64,000 nucleotides of DNA from Candidatus Omnitrophota bacterium (GTDB taxonomy: Bacteria; Omnitrophota; Gorgyraeia; Gygaellales; Profunditerraquicolaceae), in assembly GCA_041651115.1 (NCBI GenBank), contig JBAZJY010000001.1, forward strand, positions 133,165-197,164, in the 5' to 3' direction. A program made the translations under genes and the position numbers. Below are positions 21,181-29,786 of the stretch, in pieces. How positions within the stretch are numbered: the stretch's first letter is position 1; each line of letters starts with the position of its first letter. The notes below the pieces were generated by a model. The model saw only the letters and a program-made list of their open reading frames with translations, did no database searches and was not told the origin of the DNA.

Positions 21181-21262
21181 TGGGGACGGTTCTGTTTTTT
21201 TAAAGGGTGTCACTTTTTGGGGCGTCCCCATACGCGTCCGTCCCCATACGCGTCCCCATAAG
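21181..21262. repeat. fragment of the GGGACGGTTCT palindromic repeat family plus tandem cgtcc(g)tccccatacg units (about 3 copies)
   Basis: tggggacggttctg followed by T-run, then ggggcgtcccc palindrome and three tandem 12-16-nt units. Confidence 0.5.
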
Positions 21263-21428
21263 ACATAAGATTAATTTGGCGATCGATGGGAGAAGCGAAA
21301 GCTCTCTACCTCTTTTAGTCCAGCCAATATAAAAAGTAATAGAATATGACTATATTTTGATCTATTCTTAGAATGTATTTATCATTAAAAAATAGATAAA
21401 TTGTTTATTAAAATAAAAAGGAAAACTC

Positions 21429-22001
21429 ATGGAAATTAATTGGTCGGTACTCGCAACAATTGCTTCTCCGATAATCGCACTTTTTATTGGCGTAGCTGTT
21501 GATAAGCTAATTGAGCGCAGAGCAACAATAATCGCATATTTTACCCATGCTGCAGCCTTTAATTTAGCGGGGGCTAATCCTATAACTGTTCATACCCATG
21601 GAATTGTGATAAAAAATGTCGGTAAAAGAACAGCGGCGGATATTCGAGTTAGGCATACCATTCTTCCAGAAAATTTTAATGTTTTTCCAAATATTCAATA
21701 TCGAGTAGAAAGCCTTCCTATGGGTGGCACCGAAATTGTATTCCCGGCGCTCGTCCCAAATGAGCAAGTGACAATTTCCTATTTATATTTGCCGCCCCTT
21801 TTATTTAGCCAAATACATGCCGGTATTCGACATAGTGAAGGTTTTGCAACTGAGGTTAGGGCATTACCTGCTCCACGGTATCCAGCTTGGATACGCAGGA
21901 TAGTATTGCTGTTATTGATTCTCGGAATTATTGCATTTATTTATTTGTTACGAGAAGGATTAGTTTTTCTTCACAGTCTATCAGTATTACTAAAGAAATG
22001 A
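21429..22001 (+). CDS. hypothetical membrane protein with TM helices at both termini (ORFan)
   Basis: 190 aa; N-terminal and C-terminal hydrophobic helices; no recognisable domain. Confidence 0.5.
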   Translation: MEINWSVLATIASPIIALFIGVAVDKLIERRATIIAYFTHAAAFNLAGANPITVHTHGIVIKNVGKRTAADIRVRHTILPENFNVFPNIQYRVESLPMGGTEIVFPALVPNEQVTISYLYLPPLLFSQIHAGIRHSEGFATEVRALPAPRYPAWIRRIVLLLLILGIIAFIYLLREGLVFLHSLSVLLKK

Positions 22002-22033
22002 ATTTAGTCATGGTGTTCCTAAGGAGTGTCTAG

Positions 22034-22062
22034 TTTAGGCGGATAAAAAATAAATCGGACTT
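22034..22062 (+). promoter_or_regulatory. conserved upstream motif GTTTAGGCGGATAAAAAATAAATCGGACTT (copy 2), 23 nt before ATG 22085
   Basis: see copy 1. Confidence 0.5.
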
Positions 22063-22084
22063 ACTTTACTCAAAAGTTTAATTT

Positions 22085-22297
22085 ATGAAAGCTTTAATTG
22101 ACAAATTGAACCGTATTAAAGATAAAGTCAATAGTAATCCCAAACAAAATTATAGCTGGTTATATGAAGGAGAATTTCGTCAGGAATATTCCGTTAGCAA
22201 TATTAAAAACCTCGAAGAACACGAAGATAATATCCATGAATTAATAATTTGGTTATGGAATTTCAAAGATTACCTAAAAATAGACTCGAATCAGTAG
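22085..22297 (+). CDS. hypothetical protein; N-terminal part of a possibly frameshifted gene
   Basis: 70-aa ORF overlapping the next ORF by 49 nt in a different frame. Confidence 0.35.
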   Translation: MKALIDKLNRIKDKVNSNPKQNYSWLYEGEFRQEYSVSNIKNLEEHEDNIHELIIWLWNFKDYLKIDSNQ

Positions 22298-22656
22298 GGG
22301 TATCTTCTAGTGTTATTGAAAAAATGGTCGATGACGATAAAACACTATGTATTATCGCTGATTTGGCAAATGGCCTGAAGCATGCAAAGTTAAGAAAATC
22401 GAGAAGCTATTTATACCCCAAGCTTCAAAGGTCAGGGTTTATAGCCGAGCAAGGCGATATAGATGCAATAGTAGTTTTAAAGGACAAAGTACATATACAA
22501 TTTAAAAATAACAATTCAATAAAACCGTCTACTTTAGTAGTCTCATCCGATGGGAAAGAATTAGGGAAAGCAGAAGATATAGCTCTAAACGCTATCGATT
22601 CATGGCTGAGGATAGCTAAAGCGATGGAAAAATATAAAATAGGGGACATTCCATAA
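22249..22656 (+). CDS. hypothetical protein; possibly C-terminal part of a frameshifted gene continuing from 22085
   Basis: 135-aa ORF in frame +1 relative to the 22085 ORF; the two together would give about 190 aa. Confidence 0.4.
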   Translation: MVMEFQRLPKNRLESVGVSSSVIEKMVDDDKTLCIIADLANGLKHAKLRKSRSYLYPKLQRSGFIAEQGDIDAIVVLKDKVHIQFKNNNSIKPSTLVVSSDGKELGKAEDIALNAIDSWLRIAKAMEKYKIGDIP

Positions 22657-22675
22657 TGGGACATAAACGCGAGAG

Positions 22676-22924
22676 ATGAAAAAAACCAGTTCAGCTTTTA
22701 TGTTGATCGAAATGCTGCTGGTAGCAGCAGTGCTTATGATTATTGCCATTACCATGCTTAAGCTATATACTAAGCAGGCAGGGGTGAGTATTAATAAAGA
22801 AACAAAGGAAGTGGCAACGCAGGCAGGCGTAGATACGACAAATTATCAGACGACTGTAGATAGCGTTAAGGGGAAGTTACAGGATATTCAGGATAAGCAT
22901 TTTAAGGAGTTGGATGGGGGCTAA
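22676..22924 (+). CDS. small prepilin-like protein (class III N-terminal signal, Ala at -1)
   Basis: MKKTSSA|FMLIEMLLVAAVLMIIAI resembles KG|FTLIE prepilin leader plus hydrophobic helix; 82 aa. Confidence 0.45.
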   Translation: MKKTSSAFMLIEMLLVAAVLMIIAITMLKLYTKQAGVSINKETKEVATQAGVDTTNYQTTVDSVKGKLQDIQDKHFKELDGG

Positions 22925-22926
22925 GA

Positions 22927-23688
22927 ATGAAACAATGGTATGAAGCATTATTTGAAAACTACGCTCACAAATACGATAACGAATGTTTTGTCCAGGGGAC
23001 TGTGGGCGAGTGTGATTTTATTGAGCAAGAGATTAACCACGATAAATCCTTAAAAATCATTGATATCGGCTGTGGCACCGGCCGTCATTCCATTGAGCTG
23101 GCAAAACGAGGGTATAAGATCACGGGAGTTGATCTATCCGAGTCACAGCTTACAAGGGCGCGGGAAAAGGCCAAAGAGGCAGGGGTAAAGATCGAGTTTC
23201 AGAAGCATGACGCGCGCAATCTTCCTTTTAAAGGCGAATTTGACCTGGCAATTATGCTATGCGAAGGCGGGTTTTCTCTTATGGAAACAGATGAGATGAA
23301 CTTTGAGATCCTAAAAGGAGCAACAAAAGCGCTTAAAAGTAAAGGCAAGTTCATTTTCACCACATTAAACGGATTGTTCCCGTTGTTTCATTCTGTTAAT
23401 GATTTCTATAAGTCGGCGCAGAAAGAAGGCCAGTCCCAGTGTAAGGAGTGCTCCTTTGATCTGATGACTTTCCGTGATCATAACACCGCTGTTTTTGAGG
23501 ACGATTCCGGCAATAAAAAGGAGCTTAAGTGTAACGAGCGTTATTACGTGCCAAGCGAGATGACTTGGCTTTTAAAGACGCTGGGGTTTAAGAAGATTGA
23601 TATTTTTGGCGCAAAGCTCGGGGCGTTCTCAAGAAGCGACAAGCTGACAAAAGATGATTTTGAAATGCTTGTTATCGCTGAGAAATAA
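22927..23688 (+). CDS. class I SAM-dependent methyltransferase
   Basis: motif I IIDIGCGTGRHSIELA, acidic motif II GVDLSE. Confidence 0.7.
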   Translation: MKQWYEALFENYAHKYDNECFVQGTVGECDFIEQEINHDKSLKIIDIGCGTGRHSIELAKRGYKITGVDLSESQLTRAREKAKEAGVKIEFQKHDARNLPFKGEFDLAIMLCEGGFSLMETDEMNFEILKGATKALKSKGKFIFTTLNGLFPLFHSVNDFYKSAQKEGQSQCKECSFDLMTFRDHNTAVFEDDSGNKKELKCNERYYVPSEMTWLLKTLGFKKIDIFGAKLGAFSRSDKLTKDDFEMLVIAEK

Positions 23689-23690
23689 TT

Positions 23691-23945
23691 ATGGCAAAGA
23701 TAAAGCTAGACCTGCATGATATTTTTAGCAATGGCCGGGTGATCGAGGCAGAATTGAACCGCGTGATCAAGGAAGCGGTTGAGAAGAGGATATCTCTGGT
23801 TGAGATCATCCCCGGCAAAGGCAGCGGCCAGTTAAAGAAGCATGTATTGAGATTCCTGGAGCAGCCGTCAATAAAAAGGCTGTATCATCGCCTTGAGAAG
23901 GACGATAAGAACTTTGGCAGGGTTTTTGTACATTTCAGGCATTAA
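23691..23945 (+). CDS. Smr (small MutS-related) domain protein
   Basis: 84 aa; LDLHD...IIPGKGSGQLK resembles the Smr LDLHG / HGKGtG signature. Confidence 0.55.
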   Translation: MAKIKLDLHDIFSNGRVIEAELNRVIKEAVEKRISLVEIIPGKGSGQLKKHVLRFLEQPSIKRLYHRLEKDDKNFGRVFVHFRH

Positions 23946-23960
23946 TGGGGGAGGGATCTT

Positions 23961-24161
23961 ATGTATAACTTCATTATATTCGGGGTTGTATGCATATTGG
24001 TGATTTTTTTAGGGTTTGAAATCCGCCATAAGGAAATTCTTGAGGCAGTAGAAAAATTAAAAAGCAATGCAATCAAAGTAGACGAAGAAATAGTAAGATT
24101 AAAGACGGCATTGAAGAATAAAAAAGATATATTTGAAACGCATAATCCTCCTATGTATTAA
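23961..24161 (+). CDS. hypothetical small membrane-anchored coiled-coil protein
   Basis: 66 aa; N-terminal TM helix, GGGG RBS upstream. Confidence 0.4.
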   Translation: MYNFIIFGVVCILVIFLGFEIRHKEILEAVEKLKSNAIKVDEEIVRLKTALKNKKDIFETHNPPMY

Positions 24162-24188
24162 TAAGTCAGAGGACTGCCCAAAAGTACT

Positions 24189-25073
24189 ATGAAAAAATTA
24201 TTTCGTACTATATCATTCCTGGTTGGCTGCTTGCTTATCGTCGGCCTGATTATTTTTTATGCCGAGAACAGGCTTGCGGTTTCCAAAGATGGCGTAAGAA
24301 TAGTCTATTCCGTCTATGGCAAGGGCGAGCCGACGCTGGTCTTTGTGCATGGTTGGTGCGGCAGCCGCGCTGTCTGGCATAAGCAGATTCCTTATTTTGC
24401 TAAAAAATACAGGGTTGTGGCCTTAGATCTGGCAGGGCATGGCGCATCCGGCCGGCAAAGGAAAGTTTATACCCAGGAGGCTTTTGGTGAGGATGTAGCC
24501 GCGGTGGTGAATGCAATAAAAGCCGATAAGGTTATCCTTATTGGCCATTCCATGTCAGGCACAGTGATACTGGAGGCAAACCGGCTGCTTAAGGGTAAGG
24601 TATACGGGCTGATTGCTATTGATACGCTGGAGAATTTTGAGCATACCGTGGCTACCCCGGAAGAGAAAATAATGTACATTGACCCCCTGAAAAAGGATTT
24701 TGTAAAAGGCGTTGATGGTTTTATTCGGGGAATGTTCACTAAAGACGCAGACCCTAAGCTGATCAAGCAAGTAATCGCCAATGTTTCCCGGGCTGATCCT
24801 AAAATAGCGATCAGCACCATTGAATGCTATCTTAGCACTCCGGTTATCCCGCTTTTAAGCGACGTGAATGTTCCGTTGTGGTGCCTGAACGCAGATCTGT
24901 GGCCGAGTTATCCGGAGATCAATAGCAAATACCTGAAGTCATATCATTTGAGAATAATGCCGGGCGTAGGGCATTTCCTGATGGTTGAAGCCCCGGATGA
25001 ATTCAACCAACAGCTTGAGGATATCATTGGGCAGATTGAAAAACGAGAACCGGTGACGGGGGCTTTTCCGTAA
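24189..25073 (+). CDS. alpha/beta-fold hydrolase with N-terminal membrane anchor
   Basis: VFVHGWCGS oxyanion-hole segment and GHSMSG nucleophile elbow. Confidence 0.7.
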   Translation: MKKLFRTISFLVGCLLIVGLIIFYAENRLAVSKDGVRIVYSVYGKGEPTLVFVHGWCGSRAVWHKQIPYFAKKYRVVALDLAGHGASGRQRKVYTQEAFGEDVAAVVNAIKADKVILIGHSMSGTVILEANRLLKGKVYGLIAIDTLENFEHTVATPEEKIMYIDPLKKDFVKGVDGFIRGMFTKDADPKLIKQVIANVSRADPKIAISTIECYLSTPVIPLLSDVNVPLWCLNADLWPSYPEINSKYLKSYHLRIMPGVGHFLMVEAPDEFNQQLEDIIGQIEKREPVTGAFP

Positions 25074-25103
25074 TGTATTTAATTAATGAGGAGGAGCGAT
25101 AAA

Positions 25104-25601
25104 ATGCTTATTACTGAGAAAATGGTGTATGTATTGTTTGATGGTATTTCTCTCGCTATGCTTTTAGTTACCGCTTTATTCCTGTATCTTCAAAACAGAC
25201 AACTTTCTAAACAGACTAAAAATATGCAGGAACAACTTAATAAGTTAAGAGAAGAAATTAGATCCGAGACATATTATAAAATGAGCTTGTTGACGTTAGA
25301 GATAGATAAATTATTTATCAATAAACCAGACTACAAGCCATATTTTTATGAAAAAAAGGATTATACAAACTTGAGTGAAGATGATAGAAACTGCTTAGAA
25401 GCTTGCGCAGAGCTTAAGCTAGATATTTATGATGCATGGGCATATTTAGCCAAAAATGACAGGATACCCGAAGTTGATAAAAATGAGTGGTTGGATTCGG
25501 TCAAAAATGGTTTTAGATCAAGTAAATTGATGCGAGACGTTTATGAGAAGCGTAAAGAATGGTATGGCCATCGATTAAAGAAATTGATAGAGGATGTATA
25601 A
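25104..25601 (+). CDS. hypothetical membrane-anchored protein
   Basis: GAGGAGG RBS 9 nt before ATG 25104; one N-terminal TM helix. Confidence 0.5.
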   Translation: MLITEKMVYVLFDGISLAMLLVTALFLYLQNRQLSKQTKNMQEQLNKLREEIRSETYYKMSLLTLEIDKLFINKPDYKPYFYEKKDYTNLSEDDRNCLEACAELKLDIYDAWAYLAKNDRIPEVDKNEWLDSVKNGFRSSKLMRDVYEKRKEWYGHRLKKLIEDV

Positions 25602-25630
25602 CTGAGGACTGTCCTTAAGGAGAAACCCGG

Positions 25631-25718
25631 TGGAGCAGCCGGAAATAAAGAAGCTGTATCATCGCCTTGAGAAAGATGACAAAAACTTTGGAAGAGTATT
25701 TGTGCATTTCAGATATTG
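25631..25718 (+). pseudogene. displaced 3'-terminal fragment of an smr-like gene (about 80% nt identity to 23856-23945, protein sequence conserved)
   Basis: encodes ...KKLYHRLEKDDKNFGRVFVHFRY* vs ...KRLYHRLEKDDKNFGRVFVHFRH* of the intact Smr gene; the differences are mostly synonymous. Confidence 0.6.
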
Positions 25719-25966
25719 ATAAATTCCATAAGAAGCTTGTGTTTCCGCAACAGTTGTTGCCCTTTCGCAACATTTGAATGCCGCGATTACCGTATTTACC
25801 CCCGGTCCAGCCATAACCGCCTGATGAGTATCCTTCTAACTATTTGAATCATATAGCGTTATAATTTTTTTAGGAAATACGTACTTTTTGGTGAAGTTGG
25901 CATTGAAATTGCTATATTTCCAAGTATAGAGATAATTTTATTAATTATTTGACTTGGGAGGGTATC

Positions 25967-26761
25967 GTGAAACGGATTATTTGCTTGCTGGGGATCGCGG
26001 GATTAATGGTCATTTCCATGAGCGGCAGCGCTATGGCTATTGTTGCAGGCAGCGGTTCATTAGAATGGAGCCTTGGTTTTACGCCTGAATCTGTACAGTA
26101 TATGGGACAATATATGGATAATAAATATGGAGACTTTTATTCCCGCACTATAAGCCCTTACAGTTCTTCCTGGCAGAGAGTGTACCTGAATGACGGTTAT
26201 ACCGGATCAGATACTTTTGGCTTAAGCTCATCTTCTGCGGCCTATGATCCCTCAAACGCGGATCAAAGCTTCAGCTTTACGGCTTTAACCGATGACCCTA
26301 ATAAGGTCGCGACTGTTGAGATCAGCATGGGCGCGTCATTCTGGCCGATAGGCACTTTTGTTGACCTGCCCGACTTTTCGTTTACTTATGATTTTTACGG
26401 AACAACCGATTCGTTTTTTGATAATGTTGGCTTTGGCCTTACGGCGCAGCTTACGTACCGGGATTCCTCCAACGTCTGGCACAGCCCATATGATGATTAT
26501 GACGGGACATTAGGGGAAAACAGCCTTAGATATTATGTCACAGGAGGAGAGAATCTTATAATTGATGAATCAGGCACTCGCGCATTCAGCGGTTACAGCA
26601 CCCATGACGGCCAGCCCGGAGAATGGTATTTCAGGTTCGATTTCGGCGGCGGCGGCGAAGATTATTTAAGCGGCCAGTCCAATGCGACACCGGAGCCGAC
26701 AAGCCTTTCCTTGTTAGGGTTGGGTTTAGCGGGGATATTTTTGCGCAGACGAAGGAAATAA
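25967..26761 (+). CDS. PEP-CTERM sorting-signal protein (secreted, exosortase substrate)
   Basis: C-terminus PEPTSLSLLGLGLAGIFLRRRRK (PEP + TM + basic tail); GTG start at 25967 after a GGGAGGG RBS preferred over TTG 25949; N-terminal signal peptide. Confidence 0.65.
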   Translation: MKRIICLLGIAGLMVISMSGSAMAIVAGSGSLEWSLGFTPESVQYMGQYMDNKYGDFYSRTISPYSSSWQRVYLNDGYTGSDTFGLSSSSAAYDPSNADQSFSFTALTDDPNKVATVEISMGASFWPIGTFVDLPDFSFTYDFYGTTDSFFDNVGFGLTAQLTYRDSSNVWHSPYDDYDGTLGENSLRYYVTGGENLIIDESGTRAFSGYSTHDGQPGEWYFRFDFGGGGEDYLSGQSNATPEPTSLSLLGLGLAGIFLRRRRK

Positions 26762-26793
26762 AGCGATTTGTAGCTGGTGACTCGGTGATTTTT

Positions 26794-26825
26794 CCCAAGC
26801 CCTAAAAAGGCTTGGGATTTTTTTG
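26794..26825 (+). terminator. intrinsic terminator (cccaagcc ctaaaaa ggcttggg + T-run)
   Basis: 8-bp stem followed by ATTTTTTTTG. Confidence 0.65.
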
Positions 26826-26848
26826 TAGCGGGTATATAATACTTACCT

Positions 26849-27301
26849 ATGGGAAAAGTTAAACGCCTCATCGCCAGGGAAGGGTTGATTGTTTTAGGAT
26901 TGGCAGCTGTATTATATCTGCTCATCTTTCTTTTTCTGCAAAATGTGCCTATCGCATTGCCGCAATACAGGGTGGAATTTGCCAATGGAGCGGTATACAC
27001 TGTCATCATACATCCGGAAATCCGCAATGATTCTAATTATAAGCGGCTTTTAGGAGAAGCGCACTATCCTCCGCCAAAACTTGTTGCAAAGCGCATTAAA
27101 GAATTTGCTAAGGGGAGTAATATCAGGTCTGTTGTAAAGAGGTCAAGTTGTATAAACCCCAATCAGGTTTATATATCAAGATTATATAGCGGCCTGCTTG
27201 CCGTAAACTTTATTCTGCAATTAGCTGTTATTTATCTTATTTTCTTGCTCATCCGTTTCATTAGCTGGGCAAGGAAGACGCAGAAGGTAGGGGGAAAATG
27301 A
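26849..27301 (+). CDS. hypothetical membrane protein
   Basis: 150 aa with N- and C-terminal hydrophobic helices. Confidence 0.45.
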   Translation: MGKVKRLIAREGLIVLGLAAVLYLLIFLFLQNVPIALPQYRVEFANGAVYTVIIHPEIRNDSNYKRLLGEAHYPPPKLVAKRIKEFAKGSNIRSVVKRSSCINPNQVYISRLYSGLLAVNFILQLAVIYLIFLLIRFISWARKTQKVGGK

Positions 27302-28137
27302 GCCTGTTTACGATTGATAAAGCTAAGTGTAAGGGCGACGGCAAATGCGCGCTTGTCTGCCCGGTGCAGATTATCGGTATGGATAAAGAGGCGCGTGTTC
27401 CTTATCCGCTTGAAAAGGCAGAAGAATTTTGTATTAATTGCGGCCATTGCATGGCAGTATGCCCGCCCGGAGCGCTTATACTTAAGACAATGGATCCGTC
27501 AAATTGCCTTGCCTTAAAAGAAGGCTGGAGGCTTACGCCGGGACAGGCTGAACTTTTCTTTAAAGGCAGGCGGTCTATCCGGAATTACAAAGATCAGCCG
27601 GTTGAAAAAGCGGCGATTGAAAAACTCATTGATATCGCGCGTTACGCGCCTTCGGGGATCAATCGTCAGCCGGTATCATGGTTGGTGATCAGCGGTAAAG
27701 AAAACATCCGCCAGCTTTCCGAAACTGTGGTCAATTGGATGCGTGAGATGGTAGATAAGAAAGCTCCGCTGGCGGATTTATTGCATATGAATAAGATTAT
27801 TGAGGCGTGGGATATTAAAGGCCAGGATCAGGGGGGCGACCGCATCTGCCGTGGTGCGCCGCATATTATCCTTGCCTATTCGGTTAAAGATGAACCTACC
27901 GGAGCGCAGGCATGCATTATTGCCCTTACTTATTTTGAACTGGCAGCTTTATCTTTTGGCCTTGGCGCATGCTGGGCAGGATATGTCAGCATAGCCGTGA
28001 ATATGTCGGATGAGGTGCGGAAATTCACCGGGCTTTCTCCGAGGGCAGCTTGCCACGGGGCAATGATGCTGGGCCATCCGAAATACGATTACCACCGCGT
28101 GCCGCTGCGCAATAACCCGAATATCAGGTGGCGTTAA
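27298..28137 (+). CDS. nitroreductase-family flavoprotein with N-terminal 2x[4Fe-4S] ferredoxin domain
   Basis: CKGDGKCALVCP and CINCGHCMAVCPP cluster motifs, followed by a nitroreductase-like fold (RRSIRNY...). Confidence 0.65.
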   Translation: MSLFTIDKAKCKGDGKCALVCPVQIIGMDKEARVPYPLEKAEEFCINCGHCMAVCPPGALILKTMDPSNCLALKEGWRLTPGQAELFFKGRRSIRNYKDQPVEKAAIEKLIDIARYAPSGINRQPVSWLVISGKENIRQLSETVVNWMREMVDKKAPLADLLHMNKIIEAWDIKGQDQGGDRICRGAPHIILAYSVKDEPTGAQACIIALTYFELAALSFGLGACWAGYVSIAVNMSDEVRKFTGLSPRAACHGAMMLGHPKYDYHRVPLRNNPNIRWR

Positions 28138-28159
28138 ATAAAAATACAGGAGGCGTCAT

Positions 28160-28507
28160 ATGAAAAGAATAATCGCTGCGATGGCTTTATTGTTTGCGTT
28201 AATCACGGCAACTGCTTTTGCGGAATACGAGGAAACAAGGACAGTCCGGGTAGGGGGTAATGTTGTGATCACGCTTAAGGCAGCGGATCCGGGTTTCTAT
28301 TGGGATGTGGAAGAAGATCCTGACGCGCGGCTTGCTTTGGTGGGCGAGCCAAAAATTGAATCAGGTTTAGAAACATGGACATTTAACGCTACCGGCCCGG
28401 GCGAGTTGAAACTGACCTTTAACTATATGGGCCCCCGGGCAGAAGATGGTCCGCTTGAAACCAGGGTATATCATATTATTATTATTGGTGCGGACGATAC
28501 ATATTAA
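28160..28507 (+). CDS. small secreted protein, possibly chagasin-like (I42) protease inhibitor
   Basis: signal peptide; GFYWDV and FNATGPGELKLTFNY resemble I42 family motifs (weak, from memory). Confidence 0.4.
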   Translation: MKRIIAAMALLFALITATAFAEYEETRTVRVGGNVVITLKAADPGFYWDVEEDPDARLALVGEPKIESGLETWTFNATGPGELKLTFNYMGPRAEDGPLETRVYHIIIIGADDTY

Positions 28508-28542
28508 AAAAAGGAATAAAATTTATTTGTAAGGAGGCAGAT

Positions 28543-29781
28543 ATGGGAAAAGATTTTATGGTGAAGCAATTTGCCGCCGGCAACTGCTACTCGTATATTT
28601 TAAGTTCGCAGGCAGAGGCGCTGGTGATTGACCCGCATATCAGCCTGGAAAAAGATTATTTAGCTTATCTTGCCAAGAACCAGCTTAAACTTAAGTATAT
28701 CCTTGATACTCATACGCACGCAGATCATTTTTCCCTGGCAGCGGTTTTAAAGAAAAATACCAACGCGCCGGTCTTGATGTATGAAAAAGCAATTTCTGAT
28801 GTCGCAGATAGGCGGTTGAAAGATAACGAGGAGCTTGCGTTTGGCGTAAAGCAGCTGAAAGTGATCTATGCCCCGGGCCATACCGATGATACGATGGCGA
28901 TTTATGCAGAAGGCAGGGTTTTTACCGCGGATGTGCTTTTGATCGGCAGCGTGGGCAGGACTGATTTTCAGAACGGCTCGCCCGAATCAATGTTTGATAC
29001 TTTAGCGCGGCTTAAGCGCCTGCCTGATGAAACTATTGTTTTCCCCGGCCATGATTACCACGGAAAATTTTCTTCTACTATCCGGGCGGAAAAGGAAACC
29101 AATCCTTTTATGCGCCAGGATAATAAGGATGAGTTTGTGCGTAATGCGCGCGCAAAGCAGTTAGCCAAGCCGTTTAATATAGACAATATTATCCGCGTAA
29201 ACAGAAAGGGCGAGGCAGCTAGCCTGGAAATGATCTCTGCCGCTGCAGCGCAGGAATTGGCGGCAAAAGACAGTAAAGTAAAATTTCTTGATGTGCGTTC
29301 CGCTTTTGAGTTTGCCGAGGCCCATATCAAGGATTCAATTAATGCCCCTCTGGATATTTTAAGCGCGAAGATAAGCGAGTTGAGCTCAACAGGCAATTCT
29401 TATATTGTTCTTTGCCGCACCGGCAACCGTTCGCCTATGGCAGCGGATATGCTTATCCAGTCAGGCTTGCACGGAACAAAAGTAATGGAAGGCGGTATGA
29501 CCAGTTGGCAGAAAGCAAGGCTTCCGGTGATCAAGGGTGAAGGCGGGATATCGCTGGAACGCCAGATAAGAATAATTGCCGGAAGCGTTGTGCTTTTGGG
29601 AATATCGCTATGTTGGCTTTTACATTGGGCGTTTATTTTTATTCCCATATTTGTCAGCTGCGGCTTGCTCTATTCCGGCATTACTGATAACTGCCTGATG
29701 GCAAAGCTTCTAATGCAGCTGCCGTATAATAAAAAATTATATAAAGTAAAGCTTGGCGGCGGCACTTGCGCGATAAGTTGA
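28543..29781 (+). CDS. MBL-fold metallo-hydrolase (persulfide dioxygenase-like) fused to rhodanese and a YgaP-like C-terminal membrane domain
   Basis: HTHADH metal-binding motif; rhodanese active-site loop CRTGNRS; C-terminal hydrophobic segment. Confidence 0.65.
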   Translation: MGKDFMVKQFAAGNCYSYILSSQAEALVIDPHISLEKDYLAYLAKNQLKLKYILDTHTHADHFSLAAVLKKNTNAPVLMYEKAISDVADRRLKDNEELAFGVKQLKVIYAPGHTDDTMAIYAEGRVFTADVLLIGSVGRTDFQNGSPESMFDTLARLKRLPDETIVFPGHDYHGKFSSTIRAEKETNPFMRQDNKDEFVRNARAKQLAKPFNIDNIIRVNRKGEAASLEMISAAAAQELAAKDSKVKFLDVRSAFEFAEAHIKDSINAPLDILSAKISELSSTGNSYIVLCRTGNRSPMAADMLIQSGLHGTKVMEGGMTSWQKARLPVIKGEGGISLERQIRIIAGSVVLLGISLCWLLHWAFIFIPIFVSCGLLYSGITDNCLMAKLLMQLPYNKKLYKVKLGGGTCAIS

Positions 29782-29786
29782 TAAAT

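Noticed and set aside
21181-21262. Short tandem repeats considered as a possible CRISPR array
   Set aside because: Only about 3 units of 12-16 nt with no spacers of regular length; not CRISPR. No CRISPR array found anywhere in the window.
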